A stretch of 51,334 nucleotides of DNA from an uncultured bacterium (GCA_963978095.1 CAXBQP010000017.1:1-51334); one strand, 5' to 3'; positions 1 through 9,086 are shown, numbered from the stretch's first letter. Notes: generated by a model from the sequence alone, not told the origin. Made by a program: numbers and translations.

Positions 1-2
1 AG

Positions 3-1196
3 GTGCGCGAGACGCGGTTCTTCGACCTGACCAGCGGCGACGCGGTCGGCGCGGTGGCGACGTTGAAGACGCTTTACACCGAGCAGGCGCGGCTGCGGCC
101 CGGCGCGGCGGCGCAGAACACGATGATTCTCGCGGAGACGAACTCGAACCGCATCGTCGTGACCGGCGCGACGAACGGGCTGGCCGTCGTGGAGGGCTTG
201 GTGAAGGAACTCAACCGCACCGGCACGCAGGCCGGCGGCGCGCGCATCTTCAAACTTAAGGCGCTCGACCCCGACCAGGTCACGACCTTACTCACGAACG
301 CGCTGGTGAAGCTGGATTACTACGGTCGCCCGCAGAAGCGCGTGAACGTCGTCGTGGACGGCAAGAACCGCAGCTTGATTGTCACCGGCGAGGCGCGCGA
401 CGTGCAGGCGGCGGCGACGCTGATTGAACAGCTCGAAGCCGCGCCCGGCACCGGCACGAACACCGTGCGCGCGATGCGGGTCTTCTCGCTCAAGGGCCGC
501 CGCGCGACGGAGACCGCGCCGAAGATTCGGCAGGTCTTCGAGGAGCGCGCGCGCAGCTTGCCGGAGGTCGGCACGGCGGGCGCGGTCATCGTCGAGGACA
601 TTCCCGGCAATCAGCTCATCTTCGTCGGCTCCGAGGCGCAGCTCGCGCTCATGCAGGAGACGGCGGACGTGATGGACAAGGCCGGCACGACGTTGGGTCG
701 TGAGGTCCGCGTGTTCCCGCTCGAGCGCAACTCCGCCGCCGCCGTGGTGCTCGTGTTGAACCGTCTTTTCCCGCGCCAGGCCGGCACGACGGACCGCGAG
801 GACCGCATGCTCATCAGCGCGGGCGGCGATGACAACACGCTCATCGTGGACGCCACGCGGACGGACTTGGAGAAGATCGAGCAGCTCGTGCGCATCATGG
901 ACGCCGCGCCCACCGCCGAGAAGACGACCTTCCAGTCCGTGCAGTTGACCAAGGGCCGCGCCGATGACGTGGCCACCGCCGTGACCACGGCGTTCGCGGC
1001 GCGGCTCGGCAAGGGCAAGCTGCCGCGCACCACCGTCACGCCGGTGGGCGGCGCGAACACGCTGCTCATCAACGGCCCGAACTCGGAGGTCGAGGAAGTG
1101 ATGAAGGTGATCCAAAATCTCGACACCGAGAGCAAGCACCACGAAACCGAAATCCGCATCTACAAGCTGGAGAACGGCAAGGCGAAGGAAGTTTCG
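3..1196 (+). CDS. Fragment of a large secretin-family (GspD/NolW-like) protein: tandem N-terminal secretin repeats, broken at both ends
   Basis: Repeated ~75-aa units of the type 'RIFKLKALDPDQV...DGKNRSLIVTG...AATLIEQLE', 'RVFPLERNSAAAV...DDNTLIVDA...IEQLVRIMD' and 'NTLLINGPNSEVEEVMKVIQNLD'. The pattern stops at KLENGKAKEVS and no secretin barrel domain follows. Confidence 0.75.
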
Positions 1197-1310
1197 GAAG
1201 AAGCCGAAGCCGTGCAGAGCTACCGCACCGAGCAGGGCGGTTCTTCGGCCGGCACCAGCCTCGGCGAACTGCTCAAAGCGCAGATTCGCTCGGACGCCGA
1301 TAAGGGTTGA
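1197..1310 (+). pseudogene. rpsA: 3' end fragment of ribosomal protein S1, proteobacterial-type tail, fused in frame to the secretin fragment
   Basis: EEAEAVQSYRTEQGGSSAGTSLGELLKAQI resembles the S1 C-terminal tail (EEAEAV..Y......SLG.LLK). It ends in TGA followed by a strong hairpin. Confidence 0.6.
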
Positions 1311-1319
1311 TCTGTCGGG

Positions 1320-1350
1320 CGCCGCGCCTCCGGTAGTCGGAGGCGCGGCG
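1320..1350 (+). terminator. Perfect 13-bp hairpin after the rpsA-like stop codon
   Basis: CGCCGCGCCTCCG-gtagt-CGGAGGCGCGGCG; there is no clear U-tract. Confidence 0.5.
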
Positions 1351-1357
1351 TGTCGAG

Positions 1358-1483
1358 GGCCATGCCCGCGAGGCCTGGCGGGCCGCTGCGGCGTGCGCGG
1401 CGCATGGCGATGGTCTCGGCCTGGTCATCGGCGTGATGGCCGACCAGGAGATGGAGGATGCCCTCCTCGCGGCAGGCCCGCTC
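1358..1483 (-). pseudogene. tilS: Internal fragment of tRNA(Ile)-lysidine synthase
   Basis: ERACREEGILHLLVGHHADDQAETIAMRRARRSGPPGLAGMA matches the TilS HHxDDQAET...GxxGLAGM motif. Only ~42 codons are present. Confidence 0.8.
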
Positions 1484-2636
1484 GACCTTCGACGCACGGC
1501 ACCAGTTCCAGTACTCGGTCAACTACAACTTCTTCGATGTCGTTCGCGTGGGCTGGTTCGGCAACATCCGCTCGGGCTCGCCATATACCCCGCAGATCGC
1601 CGGTGACGTGAATGGCGACGGCTACTCGAACGACCGCGCGTTCGTGTTCAACCCCACCACGGCGACGGATCCGACGGTCGCGGCCTCGATGCAGGCGCTG
1701 CTCAACAGCGCCACCGGGAGCGCCAAGGACTGCCTGACGCGCCAACTGGGTCGCCTTGCCGAACGCAACAGTTGTGAAGGGCCGTGGACGCACACCGCGA
1801 GCATGTCCGTGTCCTTCAATCCGCTGAAGATCAAGTTGCCGCAGCGCGCCACCTTCTCCCTGAGCATCTCCAACCCGCTCGGCGCGGCCGACCTGCTGCT
1901 CAATGGCGAGACGAACCTCAAGGGTTGGGGACAAACGCCGTTCCCCGACGCCAATCTGCTCTACGTACGCGGATTCGACGCCGCCACCCAACGCTTCAAG
2001 TACGAGGTCAACCAGCGCTTCGGATCCACCAACCCGGCGTTCAGCTCGGTGCGTCAGCCGGTGGTGGTGACCGCGATGTTCCGCTACGATCTCGCGCCCA
2101 CTCGCGAACGCCAGATGCTCACCCAGCAGTTGGATCGCGGGCGACGCACCAATGGGACCAAGGCTGCCGAACCGATGTTGCGCTTGATGTACCAGAACGG
2201 TGGCCTGGTGAACCCGATCGCGACCATCCTGCGCCAATCCGACACGCTCCGCCTGACGCAGAAGCAGGCCGACAGCTTGGCGATGCTCAATCGGTGGTAC
2301 TCGATCCGCGTCGACTCCATCTGGACGCCGCTGGCCAAGTACCTCGGCGCGCTCCCCGACACGTACAATCCGGATGACGCGTATGCGCGCTACATTAAGG
2401 CTCGCCAGACCACGATCGACATTCTGATCACGCTCGGGCCCGGCATGAAACGGCTCCTGACGCCCGAACAGTTGCGCAAGTTGCCCGCGTTCATCGCGAG
2501 CTATCTCGACGTGCAGTATCTATCATCCATCCGCTCCGGAACGGCCGGCGCCGGCGGAAACACCTTCCTCCCGGGCGGGGGCGGGACCACCGCCGTCATG
2601 GGCGGCGGCATGCAGACCATCACCATCATGCGATAA
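1476..2636 (+). CDS. C-terminal part of a TonB-dependent/Oar-like outer-membrane receptor with a helical C-terminal extension; 5' end missing
   Basis: Oar-like motifs 'FDARHQF', 'RSGSPYTP', 'GDVNGDGYSNDRAFV', 'ERNSCEGPW' and alternating beta-strands. The ORF-track start at 1458 lies inside the tilS fragment. Confidence 0.7.
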   Translation, partial: ARSTFDARHQFQYSVNYNFFDVVRVGWFGNIRSGSPYTPQIAGDVNGDGYSNDRAFVFNPTTATDPTVAASMQALLNSATGSAKDCLTRQLGRLAERNSCEGPWTHTASMSVSFNPLKIKLPQRATFSLSISNPLGAADLLLNGETNLKGWGQTPFPDANLLYVRGFDAATQRFKYEVNQRFGSTNPAFSSVRQPVVVTAMFRYDLAPTRERQMLTQQLDRGRRTNGTKAAEPMLRLMYQNGGLVNPIATILRQSDTLRLTQKQADSLAMLNRWYSIRVDSIWTPLAKYLGALPDTYNPDDAYARYIKARQTTIDILITLGPGMKRLLTPEQLRKLPAFIASYLDVQYLSSIRSGTAGAGGNTFLPGGGGTTAVMGGGMQTITIMR

Positions 2637-4024
2637 TGCCTTCTGTTTCCTTTTCCCCTACTGCGTTCATGAACCGTATGCTTCCGAAACCCGCCGCGTT
2701 CACGCCGCTGGCGCTGATTGCGCTGATGATCGCCGACGCCGGCGCTCAGCAACTGCCGCCGGTGCGCCCGCTGGGCGCCGTGGTCGCGGTGTCCAAGGAC
2801 GGGCTCGGTGCCGCCTCCGCGGCGCGCCAACTGCCGAACGGCAAGGTGCTCGTCAACGATATCAACGAACGCAAGCTGATGCTGTTCGATGCCGATTTGT
2901 CGACCTTCACCGTGATCGCCGATTCCACGGCGGCGACCGGCAATGCCTACAGCTCACGCGCCGCCGGACTGATCCCCTACTCGGGCGACTCCACGCTCTT
3001 CGTCGATCCGCAGTCGCTCTCGATGATGCTCATCGACCCCGCCGGCAAGATGGGACGAATCATGTCCGTGCCGCGCCCGCAGGAGGCGAATCAGCTGATC
3101 GGCGGACCGAACGGCACCCCGGGCTTCGATGGCCAGGGCCGGCTCGTGTACCGCGCGGCACCGGTGTTTCGTCCGAGCTTTGTGAACGGGCAGATCAAGC
3201 TGCCGGAGATGCCGGATTCGGCGGTGATCGTTCGCGTCGACCTCGCCACGCGCAAGCTCGACACGCTCGCGACCGTCAAGATCTCGAAGCAGAAGATCAA
3301 CATGTCGCAGGATGAGAATGGTCGCATGACAGTGACGACCATGCTCAACCCGCTGCAGCAGGTCGACGACTGGGCCTTGCTGTCCGACGGTCGGGTCGCC
3401 GTCCTGCGCGCCCGCGACTACCACGTGGAGTTCGTCTCGCCGGATGGGAAGGTCACCGCGACGCCGAAGATCCCATTCGACTGGCAGCGCATGAACGACT
3501 CGGCCAAGACGGCGTTCCTCGACAGCTCCAAGGTCGTGATGGAAAAGATGCGCACGGAGGCCACGGCACGGCTCGGTGCCACGGCGGGCGGCCCCGGCGG
3601 CAATGTGACCATCGGTGGTGCGGGTGGGCCCGGCGGCGCCATGCCTGCTGGCGGCGCGATGGTGTTCTCGATGCGCATGGACGGTGAAGGCCCGGCGCGT
3701 GCCGGCGCGCCCGCGCAGGGCGGCCAGCAGCAGATCGCGATTCCACCGCTCAATTTCGTCCAACCCTCCGAGTTGCCCGACTATATGCCGCCCTTCCAGG
3801 CCGGCGCGGCGCGCGGTGACGCCGACGGGAACCTCTGGGTGCGCACGAGCAAGAACGTCAATGGTGGCCCGGTGTACGACGTGATCAACGCCAAAGGGGA
3901 ACTCGTCGACCGTGTGCAACTCCCCCCATACCGCTTCCTCGCCGGCTTTGGCGCGGGTGGCTGGGTGTATATGAGCGTCAGCGACGGCAAAGCCGTCCGC
4001 CTTGAAAAGGCGAAACTCCGGTAG
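2636..4024 (+). CDS. Secreted hypothetical protein, probable beta-propeller (Gemmatimonadota type)
   Basis: TAATG overlap with the upstream gene (alternative start at 2669). Signal peptide ending ADAGA-QQ; propeller-like segments 'QLPNGKVLVND', 'DADGNLWV', 'YDVINAKGELVDRV'. Confidence 0.6.
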   Translation: MPSVSFSPTAFMNRMLPKPAAFTPLALIALMIADAGAQQLPPVRPLGAVVAVSKDGLGAASAARQLPNGKVLVNDINERKLMLFDADLSTFTVIADSTAATGNAYSSRAAGLIPYSGDSTLFVDPQSLSMMLIDPAGKMGRIMSVPRPQEANQLIGGPNGTPGFDGQGRLVYRAAPVFRPSFVNGQIKLPEMPDSAVIVRVDLATRKLDTLATVKISKQKINMSQDENGRMTVTTMLNPLQQVDDWALLSDGRVAVLRARDYHVEFVSPDGKVTATPKIPFDWQRMNDSAKTAFLDSSKVVMEKMRTEATARLGATAGGPGGNVTIGGAGGPGGAMPAGGAMVFSMRMDGEGPARAGAPAQGGQQQIAIPPLNFVQPSELPDYMPPFQAGAARGDADGNLWVRTSKNVNGGPVYDVINAKGELVDRVQLPPYRFLAGFGAGGWVYMSVSDGKAVRLEKAKLR

Positions 4025-4043
4025 GCGCGACTCCACCGCTCCT

Positions 4044-4682
4044 ATGCGCCAACGGCGTCAGGCACTCGTCATCGCGCTCGCTGCGGCCGTCTCCGCAGCG
4101 GGCGCGATCGGCGTTCCCGGGATGGTGCGTGCCCAAGGCGCGGACTCCACCAAACTCACAGAGCCCGACTCGAGCACGCGACCACGGCGCATCGCACCGG
4201 CGATCGAGCGTGCGCCCATCTCGCCGGCGCGTGCCTTCTTCTATTCTGCGGCCGTCCCGGGACTCGGGCAGGCCAAGCTGGATCGTCCGAACTACGGCGC
4301 GGTCTTCTTCCTGCTGGAAGTCACGGCGGTGGCGATGGCGAACCGGACAGCTGCCGATGTCCGGGCCGCGCGCTCGTTTCAGGCCGATTCGGTGCCCGCG
4401 ACCTACAAGCGCGACCCCACCACGGGAGCTGTGCAACTTGGCGCCTCCGGTTTGCCCCTGGTCGAGACGTGGAAGGTCAGCAGCTACCCCGCCGAGCTCG
4501 TGAAAGCGCGGCGCCTGCAGTATGAGGACTGGTTGGCGATCATCATCTTCAACCATCTGTTCTCAGGGGCGGACGCCTTTGTCGCCGCGCAACTCTGGGA
4601 TCTGCCGCAGCGGGTGAAGTTGCGCGCCGTCCCGCTCCGAGGTGGGGGCACGGCCTACGGCCTGAACGTGACGTTCAGGTAA
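4044..4682 (+). CDS. DUF5683-like membrane protein
   Basis: Signal peptide, 'SPARAFFYSAAVPGLGQ' motif, hydrophobic segments and 'DAFVAAQL'. Confidence 0.6.
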   Translation: MRQRRQALVIALAAAVSAAGAIGVPGMVRAQGADSTKLTEPDSSTRPRRIAPAIERAPISPARAFFYSAAVPGLGQAKLDRPNYGAVFFLLEVTAVAMANRTAADVRAARSFQADSVPATYKRDPTTGAVQLGASGLPLVETWKVSSYPAELVKARRLQYEDWLAIIIFNHLFSGADAFVAAQLWDLPQRVKLRAVPLRGGGTAYGLNVTFR

Positions 4683-4712
4683 CGCCGCCGCGCCCATGCG
4701 CGCGCGGACTGC

Positions 4713-5474
4713 TCAGCGCTTCGGGATACGCGTCAGCGTCTCGTCCGGCCCACTCGGAGCCATCCGGCGCAGCTCCACCGCGTGCTCGGTGACATGCAAG
4801 TACGACGGCTCGTCGAGCCACGCGCCGGGATTCGCCAGCACGCCCCCACTGGCCGCGCGTTCCACCACGCGCGCGTGCGTATGTCCGAACACGTAGAGAT
4901 CCAGCCCGGGATCGGACGCCAAGCGCCCTTGGGCCACCTCGTACAGCGCCCTGCCACCATCCTTGGGGCGGGCGTTCCGACTCGTCGTCGACGACCGGGT
5001 GGCCAGCCACACCGCAAGATTCGGCGGCAACCAGCTGAAGGCCGTGGTGATGATCGGGTGGCGGACGAACGCCTTGAGCACGCGATACGGAGCATCCGCC
5101 TTGCCGCGGAGTCCATCCCCGTGTTCGATCAGCGTCTGCCACCCGGCAAGCGCCCCGCGCCAGGAACCGAGCACGTAGGTCACGCCGACGTCCCGCGACA
5201 GGACCTCGCCCCCCCAGCAGTCATGGTTCCCGGCGATGTACAGCACCGGCACGCCCGCCGCGACCACTCGCGCGATCGCCGCGAGCACACGGATGCTGGG
5301 CCGCGTCACGCTGTGCGTCCACTCGAAATAAAAGTCGAAGACGTCCCCGTTCAGCACCACGCTCCCAGCCTCGTGGCGGGCGCGTTCCAGCAACGCCAGC
5401 AACGTTTCTTCGACGTCGGCGGGTGCGGCGCCCACATGGGCGTCACCCAGCACGAAACAGGGTGCGGGGAGCAT
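4713..5474 (-). CDS. lpxH: UDP-2,3-diacylglucosamine diphosphatase
   Basis: Metallophosphoesterase motifs DAHVG, NGDVFDF, GNHD, EHGD and FGHTH. Confidence 0.85.
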   Translation of the reverse strand: MLPAPCFVLGDAHVGAAPADVEETLLALLERARHEAGSVVLNGDVFDFYFEWTHSVTRPSIRVLAAIARVVAAGVPVLYIAGNHDCWGGEVLSRDVGVTYVLGSWRGALAGWQTLIEHGDGLRGKADAPYRVLKAFVRHPIITTAFSWLPPNLAVWLATRSSTTSRNARPKDGGRALYEVAQGRLASDPGLDLYVFGHTHARVVERAASGGVLANPGAWLDEPSYLHVTEHAVELRRMAPSGPDETLTRIPKR

Positions 5475-5480
5475 CCTGAA

Positions 5481-5486
5481 AAGCTA
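5481..5486 (-). promoter_or_regulatory. -10 element of a probable leaderless lpxH promoter
   Basis: Minus strand reads TAGCTT-N6-ATG, with TTGGAA 18 nt further upstream and no SD. Confidence 0.45.
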
Positions 5487-5575
5487 ACGCGGCGCGCATT
5501 ATCTTTCCAAAGAGGGCCGGCCTCGGTCCCTCTCGCCACGCCGCCGATCACCCGCGGCACCTCCGGAGTCCGCCT

Positions 5576-5995
5576 GTGCCGACCACCACCGAGCTCCGCG
5601 TCCGCTACTCTGAAACCGACAAAATGGGCGTGGTGTATTACGCCAACTACCTCGTCTGGTGCGAGGTGTCCCGGACCGAATCCATCCGCCAGCACGGGGA
5701 GTCCTACGCCGAGTGGGAGGAGCAGGGGGTCGCCCTGGCGGTGTCCGATGCTCGCATTCGGTACCATCGATCCGCGCGCTACGACGACCTGGTCAGGATC
5801 GACACCTACCTGACCGCGGTCCAGTCACGCAGCGTGACCTACGAGTATCGCATGACGCTTGCCGCATCGGGAGAACTCCTCGTGACCGCTGCCACCTCGT
5901 TGATTGCCATCGCGCCCAACGGGCGGCCGATCCGGCTTCCCGAGGCCATTCGGGCACGGCTCATGGCGATGCTCGAAGCGCCTCCGAAACGTTGA
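5576..5995 (+). CDS. Acyl-CoA thioesterase (YbgC/FadM 4HBT family)
   Basis: RVRYSETDKMGVVYYANYLVW motif; GGAG SD before the GTG start. Confidence 0.9.
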   Translation: MPTTTELRVRYSETDKMGVVYYANYLVWCEVSRTESIRQHGESYAEWEEQGVALAVSDARIRYHRSARYDDLVRIDTYLTAVQSRSVTYEYRMTLAASGELLVTAATSLIAIAPNGRPIRLPEAIRARLMAMLEAPPKR

Positions 5996-6020
5996 CGCGG
6001 TCCCCGCGCGACCTGACATT
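5992..6020 (+). promoter_or_regulatory. sigma70-type promoter directly ahead of the lptE start codon
   Basis: TTGACG(5992)-N17-GACATT(6015)-N7-ATG(6028). Confidence 0.45.
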
Positions 6021-6027
6021 GCATCCC

Positions 6028-6585
6028 ATGGCTGCTTCAACCACTCCGCGCCCTGTCCTCACGGCGCCGCCAGTCGCGCGCCGACCCTTCTGGCGCCTGT
6101 CGCTTGCCGTGCTCGCTCTTCTCGTCGGAGCCTGTGGCGTGCTGCCATACCACTTCAACGGCGGCGGCCTTCCGGAACACATCAAGACCATGGCGGTCAT
6201 TCCGTTCGAGAACGAGACGCCGACCCCGGAGCTCCAGCGCGAGTTGAATGAGGAGCTGCGAAAGAACCTGGCATCGCGACTCGGCCTGCGTGAAGCCACC
6301 GAGGACAAGGCCCACGCGGTGGTACGGGGCACCATCGTGCGGTACGAGATCGACGTCCCGGAGGCATTCAGCTCGAATCCCAATCAGGCCCTCTCCGCGC
6401 GCCGCCGCCTGCAGGTCGTGGTCGACGTCGAGATCCTGGACCAGACGACCGGCAAGACGATCTGGACCAAGAAGGGGCTCTCGGCGTTCGGCGCCTACGC
6501 GGAGAATGCGGAAGCCCAAGGCCGTAAGGCTGCCATCGAGAAAATTGTCACTGAGGTCATCGAGGGAGCGCAATCGCAGTGGTGA
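6028..6585 (+). CDS. lptE: LptE-family LPS-assembly lipoprotein
   Basis: Lipobox LVGAC, 'YHFNGGGLPEHIKTMAVIPFENET' and a C-terminal 'QSQW' typical of FCB-group LptE. Confidence 0.75.
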   Translation: MAASTTPRPVLTAPPVARRPFWRLSLAVLALLVGACGVLPYHFNGGGLPEHIKTMAVIPFENETPTPELQRELNEELRKNLASRLGLREATEDKAHAVVRGTIVRYEIDVPEAFSSNPNQALSARRRLQVVVDVEILDQTTGKTIWTKKGLSAFGAYAENAEAQGRKAAIEKIVTEVIEGAQSQW

Positions 6586-6848
6586 GGGCGTGGCGCACCC
6601 AGCAGATCACTCCCGCTCGGCGAGGGGAGGCCGAGGCGCACAACGCCGCAAAGCACTCCGACGCGGAGATCGAGGATCACCTGGTCGCACTGGCGGATTC
6701 GCTCAACCTCCCCGACGCGGCACGCCGGGTCTACGTGCGGCGCGTACCGACGATGATCTACATTCGGTCAGAATACACCCACGACATCACCGTGCTCGGG
6801 GTCACACTCCACTGGCATTTCACGCCGCAAGCCATGAACGCCTTGTGA
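6582..6848 (+). CDS. Small hypothetical protein
   Basis: GTGA overlaps with lptE and with rfaE2; coding-like composition. Confidence 0.55.
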   Translation: MRAWRTQQITPARRGEAEAHNAAKHSDAEIEDHLVALADSLNLPDAARRVYVRRVPTMIYIRSEYTHDITVLGVTLHWHFTPQAMNAL

Positions 6849-7336
6849 ACGCTCCGTTCGATCCCCTTCGCAAGATTCATTCGCGCGAGAGCGCCGCGCG
6901 ATGGCGCCACTCGCTCCGCGGCGACGTGGTCTTCACCAACGGCGTCTTCGACCTGTTGCACCCCGGCCACATCGACGTGTTGCGGGGTGCGAGCGCCGAG
7001 GGCGAGCATTTGATCGTCGGCGTGAACAGCGATGCCTCGGTGCGTCGACTCAACAAGGGGCCCGAACGTCCGATCCGCAACGAACGGGATCGCGCCTACG
7101 TTCTCGCGGCCCTCGAGATGGTCAGCGCCGTGGTGATCTTCGACGAGGACACCCCGCGCGAACTCGTGACCGCGGTGCAGCCCGACGTGATCGTCAAAGG
7201 CGGCGACTACGACCCCGATACGATCGTCGGCGCGGCGGAAGTCCGTGCGCGCGGCGGCCGCGTGGTGGTGATCCCTCTCACCCCCGGGCATTCCACCACC
7301 AACACTGTCAACAAACTCCGTGGCCAAGACCGCTGA
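6845..7336 (+). CDS. rfaE2: D-glycero-beta-D-manno-heptose 1-phosphate adenylyltransferase
   Basis: [29 protein letters not shown] and KGGDY motifs. Confidence 0.93.
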   Translation: MNAPFDPLRKIHSRESAARWRHSLRGDVVFTNGVFDLLHPGHIDVLRGASAEGEHLIVGVNSDASVRRLNKGPERPIRNERDRAYVLAALEMVSAVVIFDEDTPRELVTAVQPDVIVKGGDYDPDTIVGAAEVRARGGRVVVIPLTPGHSTTNTVNKLRGQDR

Positions 7337-8054
7337 ACCACGTCCGAACGGACGCCCCGACGCCTCCCTGCGCCCGATCACGATCGAGCGCGGCGCCTCC
7401 GCGTACGCCGAGGGATCGTGCATCATCGCGTTCGGCAACACCCGTGTCCTGTGCACCGCCAGCGTCGAGGATGGCGTCCCGGGATGGAAGAAAGGGAAGG
7501 GGGAGGGTTGGCTGACCGCCGAGTACGCGATGCTCCCCCGCGCCACGCATACCCGCAGCCCGCGTGAGCGTGCACAGGTCGGGGGCCGCACGCAGGAGAT
7601 TCAGCGCCTCATCGGTCGCAGCGTCCGCGCGATGATCGACGACTTCAGATGGGGTGAGTTCACGCTCAAGGTGGACTGCGACGTCCTCCAAGCCGACGGC
7701 GGTACCCGCACCGCGAGCATCACCGGCGCCTGCGTCGCGGTACACGATGCCTTCGACTGGATGGTCAGGACAGGCCGGATCACGCAGAGCCCCGTGAAGC
7801 GCCGCGTTGCGGCCGTCAGCGTCGGCGTCATAGATGGATCGCCGCGCGTCGACCTCGAGTACACCGAAGACGTGCGCGCGGAAGTCGACATGAATGTCGT
7901 GATGAGCAGCGCCGGCCAGTTCGTCGAAGTCCAGGGAACGGGGGAGCACGGCACCTTCGATCGCACGCAACTCAACATCCTGCTCGACCAAGCGGTGGCC
8001 GCGATCACCGAACTCGACGCGCATCAGCGTCGCGCACTCGGGATCCCCGCCTGA
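7320..8054 (+). CDS. rph: Ribonuclease PH
   Basis: [49 protein letters not shown]. Confidence 0.97.
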   Translation: MAKTAEPRPNGRPDASLRPITIERGASAYAEGSCIIAFGNTRVLCTASVEDGVPGWKKGKGEGWLTAEYAMLPRATHTRSPRERAQVGGRTQEIQRLIGRSVRAMIDDFRWGEFTLKVDCDVLQADGGTRTASITGACVAVHDAFDWMVRTGRITQSPVKRRVAAVSVGVIDGSPRVDLEYTEDVRAEVDMNVVMSSAGQFVEVQGTGEHGTFDRTQLNILLDQAVAAITELDAHQRRALGIPA

Positions 8055-8704
8055 TCCCGACGCGGGACATTCTCGTGGCAACGCGCAGTGCGGGAAAACT
8101 GCGCGAACTGGTGCCGCTGCTGACGGAGTTCGGATTCCACGCCATCTCGCTCGACGACGCCGGCATTCCCGAGTGCGACGAGGAACACGACCTCGAGGTC
8201 TTCGACACGTTCGAGGACAATGCCAGCGCAAAGGCCCGCTATTTCGCAAGTCGAAGCAACGGTCGCCTCGTGCTGGCCGATGATTCAGGCCTCTGCGTTG
8301 ATGCCCTCGGCGGGGCCCCGGGCGTGATCAGCAAACGGTGGTCCGGCAGCACGGCCACGGGTCCGCAACTGGACGACGCCAACAACGCCCACCTGCTTGC
8401 CGCGCTCGATGGCGTACCCGACTCGGCGCGAGGTGCCGCGTACGTGTGCGTCGCGGCCATCGCCCACTCGGAGCGCGGACTGCGATGGGCCCGGGGGGAA
8501 ACGCGGGGGCGGATCACCGCCGCGGCGCAGGGCACGAACGGCTTCGGCTACGATCCATATTTCGTCAGCGACGAACTCGGCGTGACGTTCGGGCTCGCGT
8601 CGCGCGAGCAGAAGGCCAACGTCAGCCATCGCGCCCGCGCCGTCCGCACGGCGTGTGAGCGGTGGCGGGATTTCGTTCGTGAAACCACGCTCTCGGGCGG
8701 TTGA
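8051..8704 (+). CDS. rdgB: dITP/XTP pyrophosphatase (Ham1 family); probable CTG start
   Basis: [30 protein letters not shown] and SHRARA motifs. The conserved first strand begins upstream of GTG 8075; an in-frame CTG at 8051 overlaps the rph stop. Confidence 0.93.
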   Translation: MIPTRDILVATRSAGKLRELVPLLTEFGFHAISLDDAGIPECDEEHDLEVFDTFEDNASAKARYFASRSNGRLVLADDSGLCVDALGGAPGVISKRWSGSTATGPQLDDANNAHLLAALDGVPDSARGAAYVCVAAIAHSERGLRWARGETRGRITAAAQGTNGFGYDPYFVSDELGVTFGLASREQKANVSHRARAVRTACERWRDFVRETTLSGG

Positions 8705-8729
8705 CCTTGCGCCTGATTCCCACTACGTT
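8701..8729 (+). promoter_or_regulatory. sigma70-type promoter of the tRNA cluster
   Basis: TTGACC-N17-TACGTT, 15 nt before tRNA-Pro. Confidence 0.65.
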
Positions 8730-8744
8730 TCCTGCTTCGGTTCG

Positions 8745-8818
8745 CGGGGCGTAGCGTAGCCCGGTATCGCGCCTGCTTTGGGAGCAGGAGGTCGCCGGTT
8801 CGAATCCGGCCGCCCCGA
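8745..8818 (+). tRNA. tRNA-Pro(TGG)
   Basis: CGGGGCG/CGCCCCG acceptor stem, CCTGC-TT-TGG-GA-GCAGG anticodon arm, GGTTCGAATCC; CCA not encoded. Confidence 0.96.
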
Positions 8819-8863
8819 TTCGGTCGCGAGGCAGCAGAGTCAGAGGTTTGGTTCTCTTCAGAG

Positions 8864-8937
8864 GCGCCAGTAGCTCAGTTGGATAGAGCGGGAGCCTTCT
8901 AAGCTCCAGGTCGGGGGTTCGATTCCTCCCTGGCGCG
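8864..8937 (+). tRNA. tRNA-Arg(TCT)
   Basis: GCGCCAG/CTGGCGC acceptor stem, GGAGC-CT-TCT-AA-GCTCC anticodon arm, GGTTCGATTCC; CCA not encoded. Confidence 0.96.
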
Positions 8938-8996
8938 CCTTGCGAAGCAGGTTGGCGGTACCTCGGCGGGTAGCACGAAGACGAAACACAGGGTAC

Positions 8997-9069
8997 GCGC
9001 CCTTAGCTCAATTGGCAGAGCAAGTGACTCTTAATCACTAGGTTGTAGGTTCGATTCCTACAGGGCGCA
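8997..9069 (+). tRNA. tRNA-Lys(CTT)
   Basis: GCGCCCT/AGGGCGC acceptor stem, AGTGA-CT-CTT-AA-TCACT anticodon arm, GGTTCGATTCC; CCA not encoded. Confidence 0.96.
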
Positions 9070-9086
9070 CTGCAACATTCGGTCTG

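Noticed and set aside
3..1310. 435-aa ORF as a genuine secretin-S1 tail fusion protein
   Set aside because: It lacks the secretin barrel and sits in a run of unrelated fragments; a chance in-frame chimeric junction explains it better.
6248..6844. Long N-terminal extension of rfaE2 (similarly ORF-track extensions of lptE, hemH, the MatB-like gene, era, clpC, lpxB, DUF374, rlmH, bshC)
   Set aside because: The extensions overlap real upstream genes or intergenic DNA and are Arg/Pro-rich off-frame readthrough typical of high-GC DNA.
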